The notes below the pieces were generated by a model, which saw nothing but the letters and a program-made list of their open reading frames with translations, did no database searches and was not told the DNA's origin. Positions 1 to 15,598 of a DNA stretch of 15,598 nt are shown here, piece by piece. Numbering within the stretch: the first letter of the stretch is position 1; each line of letters begins with the position of its first letter. A program made the translations under genes and the position numbers. Source of the stretch: Nitrospirota bacterium (GTDB lineage Bacteria; Nitrospirota; UBA9217); the NCBI GenBank assembly GCA_029858565.1, contig JAOUEV010000071.1, forward strand, positions 1 through 15,598, in the 5' to 3' direction.

Positions 1-99
<99 letters not shown>

Positions 100-116
100 T
101 TAAATCCTTCAGTAAG

Positions 117-2207
117 CTATTTCTTGACCGTTTCGCCCTTTACCTTAGCAATGATCTGCTCGGAAATAGCCTTGGGCACTTCTTCATAATGCGCAAACTG
201 CATCGTATAGGTCGCACGACCCTGGGTTTTAGAACGAATATCCGTAGCATACCCGAACATTTCAGACAACGGCACCTGCGCGGTGATCACCCGTCCGGCA
301 CCTCGCATATTCATACCCTGAACCCGGCCGCGTCGTGAACTAAGGTCGCCGATAATGTCGCCCATGTACTCTTCGGCGCAGACTACTTCTACAGCCATGA
401 TTGGCTCAAGCAATACCGGATTGGCTTTTGCAGCGCCTTCCTTGAAACCCATGGATCCTGCAATCTTGAACGCCATTTCCGAAGAGTCCACATCATGATA
501 AGACCCATCAATGAGAGTGATCTTTATATCGACCACGGGATACCCGGCGAGCACGCCGTTCTCCATAGCCTCCTCGATGCCCTTCTGCGTCGGCGCCACA
601 TATTCCTTGGGAACCGATCCGCCAACCGTTTTATTCACAAATTCAAAGCCCTTGCCCGGTTCCTGCGGCTCTAGTTCCAGGACCACATGACCATACTGTC
701 CGCGGCCTCCGGACTGACGTATGAACTTGCCTTCTGCTGTGACTTTCTTTTTAACAGTCTCGCGATAGGCCACCTGGGGCTTACCAACATTGGCGTCAAC
801 CTTGAACTCACGCAACAGACGATCAACGATGATCTCCAGGTGAAGTTCGCCCATCCCTGAAATGATGGTCTGACCTGTCTCCTGGTCAGTGAAAACGCGG
901 AATGACGGGTCTTCCTGCATCAGCTTCTGAAGAGACAAGCCGAGCTTTTCCTGGTCTGCTTTGGTTTTCGGCTCAATGGCGACCGAGATCACCGGCTCCG
1001 GGAAGGTCATTGCCTCCAGGATGACAGGTTTGTTCTCATCGCAGAGCGTATGTCCAGTGAGTGTGCTCTTTAAGCCGACCGCCGCGCAAATGTCTCCCGA
1101 ATAGATCTGTTCGATCTCCTCGCGCTTGTTAGCGTGCATCTTGAGCAGCCTACCCACACGCTCACGCTGGCCCTTGGTTGAGTTGTATACATAGGATCCG
1201 GAATTCAACGTGCCCGAATAGACCCGGATGAACGTGAGCTGGCCAACAAAAGGATCGGTCATGATCTTGAATGCCACGGCAGAAAAGGGCTCGCTATCAG
1301 CGGTCTGACGAACGACTTCCTCACCCTTGGCATTCGTGCCCGTTACCGGCGGAATATCAAGCGGCGACGGAAGGTAATCAACCACCGCATCGAGCAGGAG
1401 TTGAACGCCCTTATTCTTGAATGCTGATCCGCAAATGACCGGGAATATCTTCATCGCGATGGTGCCCTTGCGGATAGCACTCATGATCTCCGCCTCAGTG
1501 GGCTGCTGGTCGTTCAGGAACTTGTCCCCAATGACCTCATCCACGTCAGCGAGTTTTTCGATCATTTTATCACGCCATTCTTTGGCCTGATCCAAAAGGT
1601 CTGCCGAAATGTCCTCGACTACATATTTGGCACCAAGTGTCTCATCGTCGAAAAGAACAGCTTTCATCTTGACGAGGTCAATGCAACCGCGGAGCTTGTC
1701 CTCAGCGCCAACAGGAATCTGGATCGGCATGGCATTCGCGCCTAGCCGGTCGACCATGCTCTGCACGCTCATATAGAAGTCAGCGCCGATCCGGTCCATT
1801 TTATTCATGAAGGCTATGCGCGGGACCTGATACTTGTCCGCCTGACGCCAAACCGTTTCAGACTGAGGCTCCACCCCGCTCACGGAGTCGAAGGCCGCCA
1901 CAGCACCGTCGAGCACACGAAGCGAACGCTCAACCTCGATGGTGAAGTCCACATGTCCAGGAGTGTCAATGATGTTGATGCGCTTGTCGCGCCAGAAACA
2001 GGTCGTAGCAGCAGAGGTGATGGTGATGCCGCGCTCCTGCTCCTGGACCATCCAGTCCATGACCGCCGTGCCGTCATGCACCTCGCCAATTTTATAGGAA
2101 ACGCCGGTATAATACAGAATCCGCTCGGTCGTCGTCGTTTTGCCGGCGTCGATGTGAGCCATGATCCCGATGTTTCTCGTGTTTTCCAGTGAATACTGCC
2201 TAGCCAA
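117..2207 (-). CDS. fusA: Elongation factor G, 696 aa
   Basis: [52 protein letters not shown] and GSYHDVDSS motifs. TTG start at 2207-2205 with SD GGAGG. Canonical rpsL-rpsG-fusA-tuf order. Confidence 0.99.
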   Translation of the reverse strand: MARQYSLENTRNIGIMAHIDAGKTTTTERILYYTGVSYKIGEVHDGTAVMDWMVQEQERGITITSAATTCFWRDKRINIIDTPGHVDFTIEVERSLRVLDGAVAAFDSVSGVEPQSETVWRQADKYQVPRIAFMNKMDRIGADFYMSVQSMVDRLGANAMPIQIPVGAEDKLRGCIDLVKMKAVLFDDETLGAKYVVEDISADLLDQAKEWRDKMIEKLADVDEVIGDKFLNDQQPTEAEIMSAIRKGTIAMKIFPVICGSAFKNKGVQLLLDAVVDYLPSPLDIPPVTGTNAKGEEVVRQTADSEPFSAVAFKIMTDPFVGQLTFIRVYSGTLNSGSYVYNSTKGQRERVGRLLKMHANKREEIEQIYSGDICAAVGLKSTLTGHTLCDENKPVILEAMTFPEPVISVAIEPKTKADQEKLGLSLQKLMQEDPSFRVFTDQETGQTIISGMGELHLEIIVDRLLREFKVDANVGKPQVAYRETVKKKVTAEGKFIRQSGGRGQYGHVVLELEPQEPGKGFEFVNKTVGGSVPKEYVAPTQKGIEEAMENGVLAGYPVVDIKITLIDGSYHDVDSSEMAFKIAGSMGFKEGAAKANPVLLEPIMAVEVVCAEEYMGDIIGDLSSRRGRVQGMNMRGAGRVITAQVPLSEMFGYATDIRSKTQGRATYTMQFAHYEEVPKAISEQIIAKVKGETVKK

Positions 2208-2236
2208 AACTGCCTCCGCTCTGTGTCAGTGAAAAA

Positions 2237-2710
2237 TTACCAGCGATAGTGGGCGAAAGCCTTGTTTGCGTCCGCCATACGGTGTACATCTTCCCGCTTC
2301 TTGACCGCTGCTCCGGTATTGTTCGATGCATCCAGAATCTCGCCCGCCAGTCTGTCCACCATGGACTTTTCCGGCCGCTGCGATGCGTACAGCCGAAGCC
2401 AGCGGAAAGCTAGCGAAAGCCTGCGTGGTTGCTTGACCTCGATAGGCACCTGATAGGATGCACCACCCACTCTGCGGGATTTCACCTCGAGGGTCGGCTT
2501 CAAATTCTCCACAGCCTTCTTGAAGATTGCCAGAGCATCACCGCCGCTCGTCTTCTCAGAGATACGGTCCAAAGCTCCGTAGCAGATAGACTCAGCAGTG
2601 CTCTTTTTGCCTTTGCGCATCAGTACATTGATGAACTTGGCAACCACTTTGCTGTTGAATTTCGGGTCCGGGAGGATCTCTCTTTTTACAACAACTGTTT
2701 TTCTCGGCAT
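2237..2710 (-). CDS. rpsG: 30S ribosomal protein S7
   Basis: [26 protein letters not shown] and C-terminal [15 protein letters not shown]. Confidence 0.99.
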   Translation of the reverse strand: MPRKTVVVKREILPDPKFNSKVVAKFINVLMRKGKKSTAESICYGALDRISEKTSGGDALAIFKKAVENLKPTLEVKSRRVGGASYQVPIEVKQPRRLSLAFRWLRLYASQRPEKSMVDRLAGEILDASNNTGAAVKKREDVHRMADANKAFAHYRW

Positions 2711-2756
2711 AACTGTTTCCTAAGTGTGAATTGGATTTCGCTCTTACTTATATTTG

Positions 2757-3128
2757 TTACTTCGGCCGCTTCGCGCCGTACTTTGACCTGCCTTGCTTCC
2801 GGTTCGCCACACCCACTGTATCCAGGGTACCCCGTACAATATGATACCGAACACCGGGGAGATCCTTCACACGGCCGCCTCGGATAAGCACGATTGAGTG
2901 CTCCTGGAGGTTGTGCCCCACACCGGGGATGTACGTAGTGACTTCCATGCCATTGGTAAGCCTGACCCTGGCAACCTTCCGGAGAGCGGAGTTAGGCTTC
3001 TTCGGGGTCGTGGTATAGACCCTGATGCAAACACCACGCTTCTGCGGACAGGCCTTGAGAGCAGGACTCTTCGTTTTGCTCGCGGCAAGTGTTCTGCCTT
3101 TTCTTACCAGCTGACTGATTGTAGGCAC
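2757..3128 (-). CDS. rpsL: 30S ribosomal protein S12
   Basis: [45 protein letters not shown] start with SD AGGAG. Confidence 0.99.
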   Translation of the reverse strand: MPTISQLVRKGRTLAASKTKSPALKACPQKRGVCIRVYTTTPKKPNSALRKVARVRLTNGMEVTTYIPGVGHNLQEHSIVLIRGGRVKDLPGVRYHIVRGTLDTVGVANRKQGRSKYGAKRPK

Positions 3129-3201
3129 GTCAATAACTCCTTAAAAAACAGATGGATGCTCTTGCTAAAAAAACATTTGAACATTGAGTCAAAACCCGAT
3201 G

Positions 3202-3230
3202 ATTATATAGCTCTTTATGCCTGTTGTCAA
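3202..3230 (-). promoter_or_regulatory. Sigma70-type promoter for the str operon (rpsL-rpsG-fusA-tuf)
   Basis: Minus strand reads TTGACA (3230-3225), a 17-bp spacer, then TATAAT (3207-3202): exact consensus. A/T tracts upstream (3234-3257) resemble an UP element. Confidence 0.88.
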
Positions 3231-3269
3231 GGCTTTTTTCCGGGTATTAGCAAAAAAGTTGGCATGAGA

Positions 3270-3310
3270 CAAAATGGCTCCACAGAATCCGCAACAAGCC
3301 CTGTGGAGCC
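3270..3310 (-). terminator. Probable intrinsic terminator/3' hairpin after rpoC
   Basis: Perfect 10-bp inverted repeat GGCTCCACAG (3276-3285) / CTGTGGAGCC (3301-3310), 10 nt after the rpoC stop, followed by ATTTTG on the minus strand (short U tract). Confidence 0.65.
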
Positions 3311-3320
3311 TCATTACCAG

Positions 3321-7454
<4,134 letters not shown>

Positions 7455-7539
7455 GGTAAACCTCCTGAAGAGGCCTGCGGCCCCTCGCATGTGTCAGTTA
7501 TCGAAAACGTACTCCCGGAAACATCCCTCGGTCCGGCTG

Positions 7540-11529
<3,990 letters not shown>

Positions 11530-11642
11530 ATCCGCACCCCTCTAGGCTTATGACCGGCAATGTGTCTGTAATCCAAAATTTATAAAAGCGTATGATTTCG
11601 TGCAGTTCCAAACACTGCATGACCGATGTCGGCCACGCACCT

Positions 11643-11694
11643 AAAAACGCAAAAAAGTCCTTTGCCCTCCGGGTCCCCCGGAGGGCAAGGACTT
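11643..11694 (-). terminator. Strong intrinsic terminator / rplL-rpoB attenuator
   Basis: Minus strand AAGTCCTTGCCCTCCGG-GGGAC-CCGGAGGGCAA-A-GGACTT then TTTTGCGTTTTT: about 17-bp GC-rich stem with one bulge plus a U tract. Same position as the known E. coli rplL-rpoB attenuator. Confidence 0.85.
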
Positions 11695-11720
11695 GAACAT
11701 TCCTGCAGCCGAAATGCTGC

Positions 11721-12095
11721 TTACTTGACCTCGATGGTCGCGCCAGCTTCGGTAAGCTTCTTCTTCATGTTCTCGGCGTCTTCCTTTGACACGCCGGTCT
11801 TCACGGGCTTCGGGGCGCCCTCCACCAGGTCCTTTGCTTCCTTCAAACCAAGACCGGTCAGTTCACGCACGACCTTGATCACGTTGATCTTCTGGGCACC
11901 TGCGTTCGCCAGGATAACGTCGAACGCGGTCTTCTCCTCGGCTGCTGCCGCTCCGCCGCCTGCCGCAACAGCGGCTACTGCCACGGGAGCTGCCGCGGAA
12001 ACGCCCCACTTCTCCTCAAGCATCTTGCTCAGCTCAGCGGCCTCAAGGACCGACAGGCTGCTCAGTTCATCAACAATCTTTGCCAGATCTGCCAT
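11721..12095 (-). CDS. rplL: 50S ribosomal protein L7/L12
   Basis: Ala-rich hinge, [46 protein letters not shown]. Confidence 0.99.
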   Translation of the reverse strand: MADLAKIVDELSSLSVLEAAELSKMLEEKWGVSAAAPVAVAAVAAGGGAAAAEEKTAFDVILANAGAQKINVIKVVRELTGLGLKEAKDLVEGAPKPVKTGVSKEDAENMKKKLTEAGATIEVK

Positions 12096-12176
12096 TTCAG
12101 TATATCCTCCTAAAAGTTATGTTCAATTCGATTTTAGATGCGCCGTTCCCAAGGGTCCGGAGCCACTGCATTGCAA

Positions 12177-12689
12177 TTACCCTTTGTCCGCCTTGGCCTT
12201 GATGACCCGCGCCACCTGTCCGCCCGGTGCCTGCAGCACCCGCGCGATCCGCGATGCCGGTGCCTGGAGCAGGCCGACGATCTTGCCGCGAAGCGCGTCG
12301 AGCGACGGCAGATTGGCAAGTGCCTTGACATCGGCCGCTTTCAGCAATTTCCCGTCAAGCACGCCGACCTTGATCACAAGTTTCTGCTGTGTTTTGCTGA
12401 ACTCCTGCAGAACCTTGGCCGGAGCGACCACATCGTCAAACCCGAGGGCGATTCCCACAGGACCGACGAAATGATCCATCAGCGGAGCCAGGCTGGTGCC
12501 TTCAGCTGCCTTGCGTGCCAACGTGTTCTTCACAACACGGTATTCCACCTTGGACTGACGGAGCTTGAACCGTAGTTCAGTGATCTGCTCCACATTGATA
12601 CCGCTGTAACCGGTGATGACCGCGGTCTTTGCGCGCGCGAACTTCTCATGAAGTTCATCGATAGCTGCTTTTTTCTCTTCTTTATTCAC
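12177..12689 (-). CDS. rplJ: 50S ribosomal protein L10 (~170 aa)
   Basis: YRVVKNTLAR, LANLPS motifs and position between rplA and rplL. Start placed at GTG 12689-12687 with AGGAGG (12701-12696), not the ORF-track 12710. Confidence 0.96.
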   Translation of the reverse strand: MNKEEKKAAIDELHEKFARAKTAVITGYSGINVEQITELRFKLRQSKVEYRVVKNTLARKAAEGTSLAPLMDHFVGPVGIALGFDDVVAPAKVLQEFSKTQQKLVIKVGVLDGKLLKAADVKALANLPSLDALRGKIVGLLQAPASRIARVLQAPGGQVARVIKAKADKG

Positions 12690-12774
12690 TCGTTTCCTCC
12701 TTTCTCTCAAGATTCCCCGATGACTGCCCGGAAACCTCGAAAGAAAGTGTGTCCACTATCTTCGGTTCAACCGG

Positions 12775-12845
12775 GTCTCGGCAGGCCCCGCCGCGGAATT
12801 AAACGGAAGCCTTGCACCGCCGCCTCCGTACCTGCTGTCTCGGAC
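12775..12845 (-). promoter_or_regulatory. L10 leader (L10-L12 complex autoregulatory RNA)
   Basis: Minus strand GTCCGAGACAGCAGG ... ACGGAGGC/GCTTCCGT inner stem ... TTAAT ... CCTGCCGAGAC matches the AGAC-N-GCAGG / TTAAT / CCTGC-NN-AGAC pattern of rplJ leaders. Located in the rplA-rplJ spacer. Confidence 0.85.
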
Positions 12846-12935
12846 CGCACCCCCGTCAGGGGCCGACCTTTATCCCATTACATACCAAAACCCCATATTC
12901 ATATCCCGGGGCTTCGTGGCTTGTTCTTCTCTTAA

Positions 12936-13637
12936 CTACCCGACGAGCTTCTCGATCTCCGCCGGTTCCATCTTGATGCCGGGACCCATGGTCGTTGAGA
13001 CCGCAACCGCCTTCAGATATTTGCCTTTGCTGGATGAAGGTTTCGCTTTGATGATCGACTCAAGAACCGACTTGGCGTTCTCAAAGAGCTTCTTTTCGTC
13101 GAACGATACCTTGCCCACGGGAACATGGACGATCCCGGCCTTTTCCACGCGATATTCCACCTTGCCAGCGCGGATCTCCCTGATGGCTTTGGCGACATCG
13201 AAGGTGACTGTTCCTGTTTTCGGATTCGGCATGAGCCCGCGAGGACCCAGGACCTTTCCAAGCTTGCCAACAAGTCCCATGATGTCAGGGGTGGCGACGA
13301 CAACATCGAAATCGGTCCAACCTTCCTTTTGGATCTTATCAGCCAGGTCTTCAGCGCCGACATGGTCAGCACCAGCCTCCCTTGCTTCCTTCTCTTTCTC
13401 TCCCTTGGCGAACACGAGGACCTTCACGGTCTTGCCGGTCCCATGGGGAAGCACAACCGTGCCCCGCACCATCTGGTCCGCCTGTTTGGGGTCCACGCCA
13501 AGGTTCACGGCCAGATCGACAGTCTCGTCGAACTTTGTCCGAGCGGTCTTCTTCACCAGCCCGATCGCCTCTTCCAGGTTGTACCGCTTATTGGCGTCGA
13601 TCAATGCTGCAACTGCCTTGAACTTCTTCCCTGCCAT
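12936..13637 (-). CDS. rplA: 50S ribosomal protein L1
   Basis: [52 protein letters not shown]. Confidence 0.99.
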   Translation of the reverse strand: MAGKKFKAVAALIDANKRYNLEEAIGLVKKTARTKFDETVDLAVNLGVDPKQADQMVRGTVVLPHGTGKTVKVLVFAKGEKEKEAREAGADHVGAEDLADKIQKEGWTDFDVVVATPDIMGLVGKLGKVLGPRGLMPNPKTGTVTFDVAKAIREIRAGKVEYRVEKAGIVHVPVGKVSFDEKKLFENAKSVLESIIKAKPSSSKGKYLKAVAVSTTMGPGIKMEPAEIEKLVG

Positions 13638-13648
13638 AGTTCCTCCTC

Positions 13649-13679
13649 GCGGTGCAAGCGGCCGTTGTCGGCCTCCCGC
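13649..13679 (-). promoter_or_regulatory. Ribosomal protein L1 mRNA binding site (rplA operator)
   Basis: Minus strand GCGG-GAG-GCCG-ACAA-CGGC-CGCTTGCA-CCGC: two helices around an asymmetric internal loop with the GGGAG...CGC signature of L1 sites. Abuts the rplA SD (AGGAGGA, 13647-13641). Confidence 0.75.
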
Positions 13680-13687
13680 ATGCTCAA

Positions 13688-13736
13688 ATGCGGAATTACG
13701 TTCTTAGCATTCCGCCTTCCGATATTCCATATTCCG
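13688..13736. repeat. Degenerate heptamer repeat array (ATTCCG-like) with one inverted copy
   Basis: TTCC cores at 13710, 13717, 13725 and 13732 (spacing 7, 8, 7). GCGGAAT (13690-13696) is the reverse complement of ATTCCGC (13709-13715). Confidence 0.6.
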
Positions 13737-13738
13737 GA

Positions 13739-14164
13739 TTAATCTACTACATCCAGGCCCATGCTCTTCGCCGAGCCTTCGATCATGCGCATGGCTGACT
13801 CAACGGTCGCTGCGTTCAGATCGGGCATCTTGGTCGTGGCGATCTCCTTGATCTGCGCTCGGGTCACCTTGCCGATCTTTTCCTTGTTCGGCGTACCCGA
13901 GCCCTTGACGATGCCGGCCGCCTTCTTCAGCAGCTCAGCCGCAGGCGGGGTCTTGGTGATGAACGTGAAGGAGCGGTCCGAATAGACCGAAATAATGACC
14001 GGAACGATGGTGTCACCCATCTTCTGGGTCTTCGCGTTAAAAGCCTTGCAGAACTCCATGATATTGACGCCGTGCTGGCCAAGCGCCGGACCTACCGGCG
14101 GTGCTGGGTTCGCCTTCCCCGCCGGGACCTGCAATTTGATTTTCCCTGTTATCTCTTTTGCCAT
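13739..14164 (-). CDS. rplK: 50S ribosomal protein L11
   Basis: [47 protein letters not shown]. Confidence 0.99.
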   Translation of the reverse strand: MAKEITGKIKLQVPAGKANPAPPVGPALGQHGVNIMEFCKAFNAKTQKMGDTIVPVIISVYSDRSFTFITKTPPAAELLKKAAGIVKGSGTPNKEKIGKVTRAQIKEIATTKMPDLNAATVESAMRMIEGSAKSMGLDVVD

Positions 14165-14226
14165 TTCTTTACTCCTGACTCTCCGTAGGTTCGGATTTCA
14201 CAATTCGCATGACGCGATCTATCTTT

Positions 14227-14772
14227 CTATTTCTCTTTTTCCCGCTCTACCTGCAGAAACTCCAGCTCCACGGGAGTGGACCGGCCAAAGATGCTTACCA
14301 TCACGCGCAGCCTGCCATGCGCGGGATTCACGTCCTCCACCGATCCGATGAAATTGCTGAAAGGGCCGTCAATGACGCGGACACGGTCGCCCTTCTGATA
14401 GGCGATCTTGGGCTGCGTAGGCGCTACCGCACCCTCTTCCGCCTGTTTCAGGATGTGACGGACCTCGTCCTCCGAGAGCGGAGTCGGATTCGTCGTACCT
14501 CCGACAAAACCGGTCACCTTGGGGGTGTCCTTCACAATGTGCCACGTATTGTCGTCCATTTCCATCTCGACGAGTATATAGCCCGGAAAGAACTTCCTCT
14601 GCGACTTCCGTTTTTTCCCGCCCTTGAGCGACAATACCTCTTCCGTGGGAACAAGGATCTGGGAGATCCGCTCCTGAAGTCCCAGTTTCGAAACGGTTTC
14701 CAGGATGCTCGCCTTGACCTTGTTCTCAAATCCGGCGTAGGTATGTACGACGTACCAGTTCTTCGTTGACAT
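14227..14772 (-). CDS. nusG: Transcription termination/antitermination factor NusG
   Basis: [36 protein letters not shown] domain [11 protein letters not shown]...[12 protein letters not shown]. Confidence 0.99.
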   Translation of the reverse strand: MSTKNWYVVHTYAGFENKVKASILETVSKLGLQERISQILVPTEEVLSLKGGKKRKSQRKFFPGYILVEMEMDDNTWHIVKDTPKVTGFVGGTTNPTPLSEDEVRHILKQAEEGAVAPTQPKIAYQKGDRVRVIDGPFSNFIGSVEDVNPAHGRLRVMVSIFGRSTPVELEFLQVEREKEK

Positions 14773-14788
14773 AATGCTCTCTATTAGA

Positions 14789-14974
14789 TTATTTGAAAAT
14801 CGAGGTCATAAGTTTCCCCAGGGACATGTCGACAATGCCCAGAAATACCGAGGCGATCAGCACGGACACGATAACCACCCATGTCGAACCGATTACCTCT
14901 TTTTTGGTGGGGAATACCACTTTCTTCAGTTCCAGCTTGACGTCATGGAAGAATTCCGCTATCCGCTTGAACAT
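14789..14974 (-). CDS. secE: Preprotein translocase subunit SecE (single-TM, 61 aa)
   Basis: FFHDVKLELKKVVFPTKKE motif followed by one hydrophobic segment. Lies between tRNA-Trp and nusG. Confidence 0.95.
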   Translation of the reverse strand: MFKRIAEFFHDVKLELKKVVFPTKKEVIGSTWVVIVSVLIASVFLGIVDMSLGKLMTSIFK

Positions 14975-15004
14975 GGAAACATGCCTCTCTTTGAAGCAGA
15001 AATT

Positions 15005-15080
15005 TGGCAGGCCAGGAGGGACTCGAACCCCCAGCAGCCGGATTTGGAGTCCGGAGCTCTACCATTAGAGCTACTGGCCT
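15005..15080 (-). tRNA. tRNA-Trp (CCA)
   Basis: AGGCCAG acceptor stem pairing with CTGGCCT, D arm GCTC/GAGC, anticodon arm CCGGA-CTCCAAA-TCCGG, T arm GGGGG-TTCGAGT-CCCTC, encoded 3' CCA; 76 nt. Confidence 0.97.
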
Positions 15081-15123
15081 GTACCCGCGCGAGGTTCTTC
15101 CGGGTCGAGGCCCGGCTTCGCGC

Positions 15124-15276
15124 CTACGCCTTGGTTTCCTTGTGAACCGTATGCTTCCGGCAGAACCGGCAGTACTTCTCCAGGTTCAGCTTGTCGGGGG
15201 TGTTGCGCTTGTTCTTCATCGTTGAATAATTTTTCCGCTTGCACTCGCCGCAAGCAAGGAGAATGATCTCTCGCAT
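15124..15276 (-). CDS. rpmG: 50S ribosomal protein L33, zinc-binding (C+) form, 50 aa
   Basis: Manual translation: [50 protein letters not shown], with two CxxC motifs. Absent from the ORF track (apparently below its length cutoff). Confidence 0.96.
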   Translation of the reverse strand: MREIILLACGECKRKNYSTMKNKRNTPDKLNLEKYCRFCRKHTVHKETKA

Positions 15277-15294
15277 TTCTTCTGCCTCACCTTC

Positions 15295-15365
15295 GATTTC
15301 GGATTTCGGATTTCAGATTGCGGATTTTCCGGTTTTCATTCCGCATCCCGCACTCCGCATTCCGC
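15295..15365. repeat. Two opposed heptamer tandem arrays (imperfect hairpin)
   Basis: GATTTCG GATTTCG GATTTCA GATTGCG GATTTTC (15295-15329), short spacer, then ATTCCGC ATCCCGC ACTCCGC ATTCCGC (15338-15365). Confidence 0.85.
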
Positions 15366-15377
15366 GATTATGTATTG

Positions 15378-15598
<221 letters not shown>

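Noticed and set aside
2711-2756. S7 autoregulatory site between rpsL and rpsG
   Set aside because: The spacer is only 46 nt and AT-rich, with no convincing multi-helix structure.
2860-3010. Streptomycin-resistance alleles in rpsL
   Set aside because: PKKPNS and RVKDLP lysines are wild type.
7455-7490. ORF-track rpoC start at ATG 7490
   Set aside because: No SD upstream, and the extension runs through a hairpin and the AGGAGG that serves GTG 7454.
12690-12710. ORF-track rplJ start at 12710
   Set aside because: The extension MRERRKR is just the translated purine-rich SD region; GTG 12689 fits better.
12886-12914. Weak hairpin AAGCCCC...GGGGTTTT after rplA as a terminator
   Set aside because: Short interrupted stem, and the U residues are part of the stem; not supportable without data.
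15295-15365. CRISPR array or IS end interpretation of the repeats
   Set aside because: Units are 7 nt with no unique spacers; there is no cas or transposase gene and no target-site duplication visible.

Overview
A core housekeeping region, entirely on the minus strand: the conserved transcription/translation supercluster. In transcription order (right to left) it reads tuf (3' end) - rpmG - tRNA-Trp(CCA) - secE - nusG - rplK - rplA - rplJ - rplL - rpoB - rpoC - rpsL - rpsG - fusA - tuf (5' end). Both window ends break inside tuf copies. Cis-elements readable from the sequence are an L1-binding site before rplA, an L10 leader before rplJ, a strong terminator/attenuator between rplL and rpoB, a hairpin after rpoC, and a perfect TTGACA-17-TATAAT promoter before rpsL. 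RNA polymerase features look most like Nitrospirota or a related lineage (inference from recalled sequences, not a search). I see no mobile element, CRISPR array or novel protein-coding system. The observations most worth a second look are modest: inverted heptamer-repeat arrays in the spacers (one overlapping the L1 operator with mutually exclusive pairings), an Alphaproteobacteria-looking L10/L12 interface, and paired terminal extensions on RpoB and RpoC.
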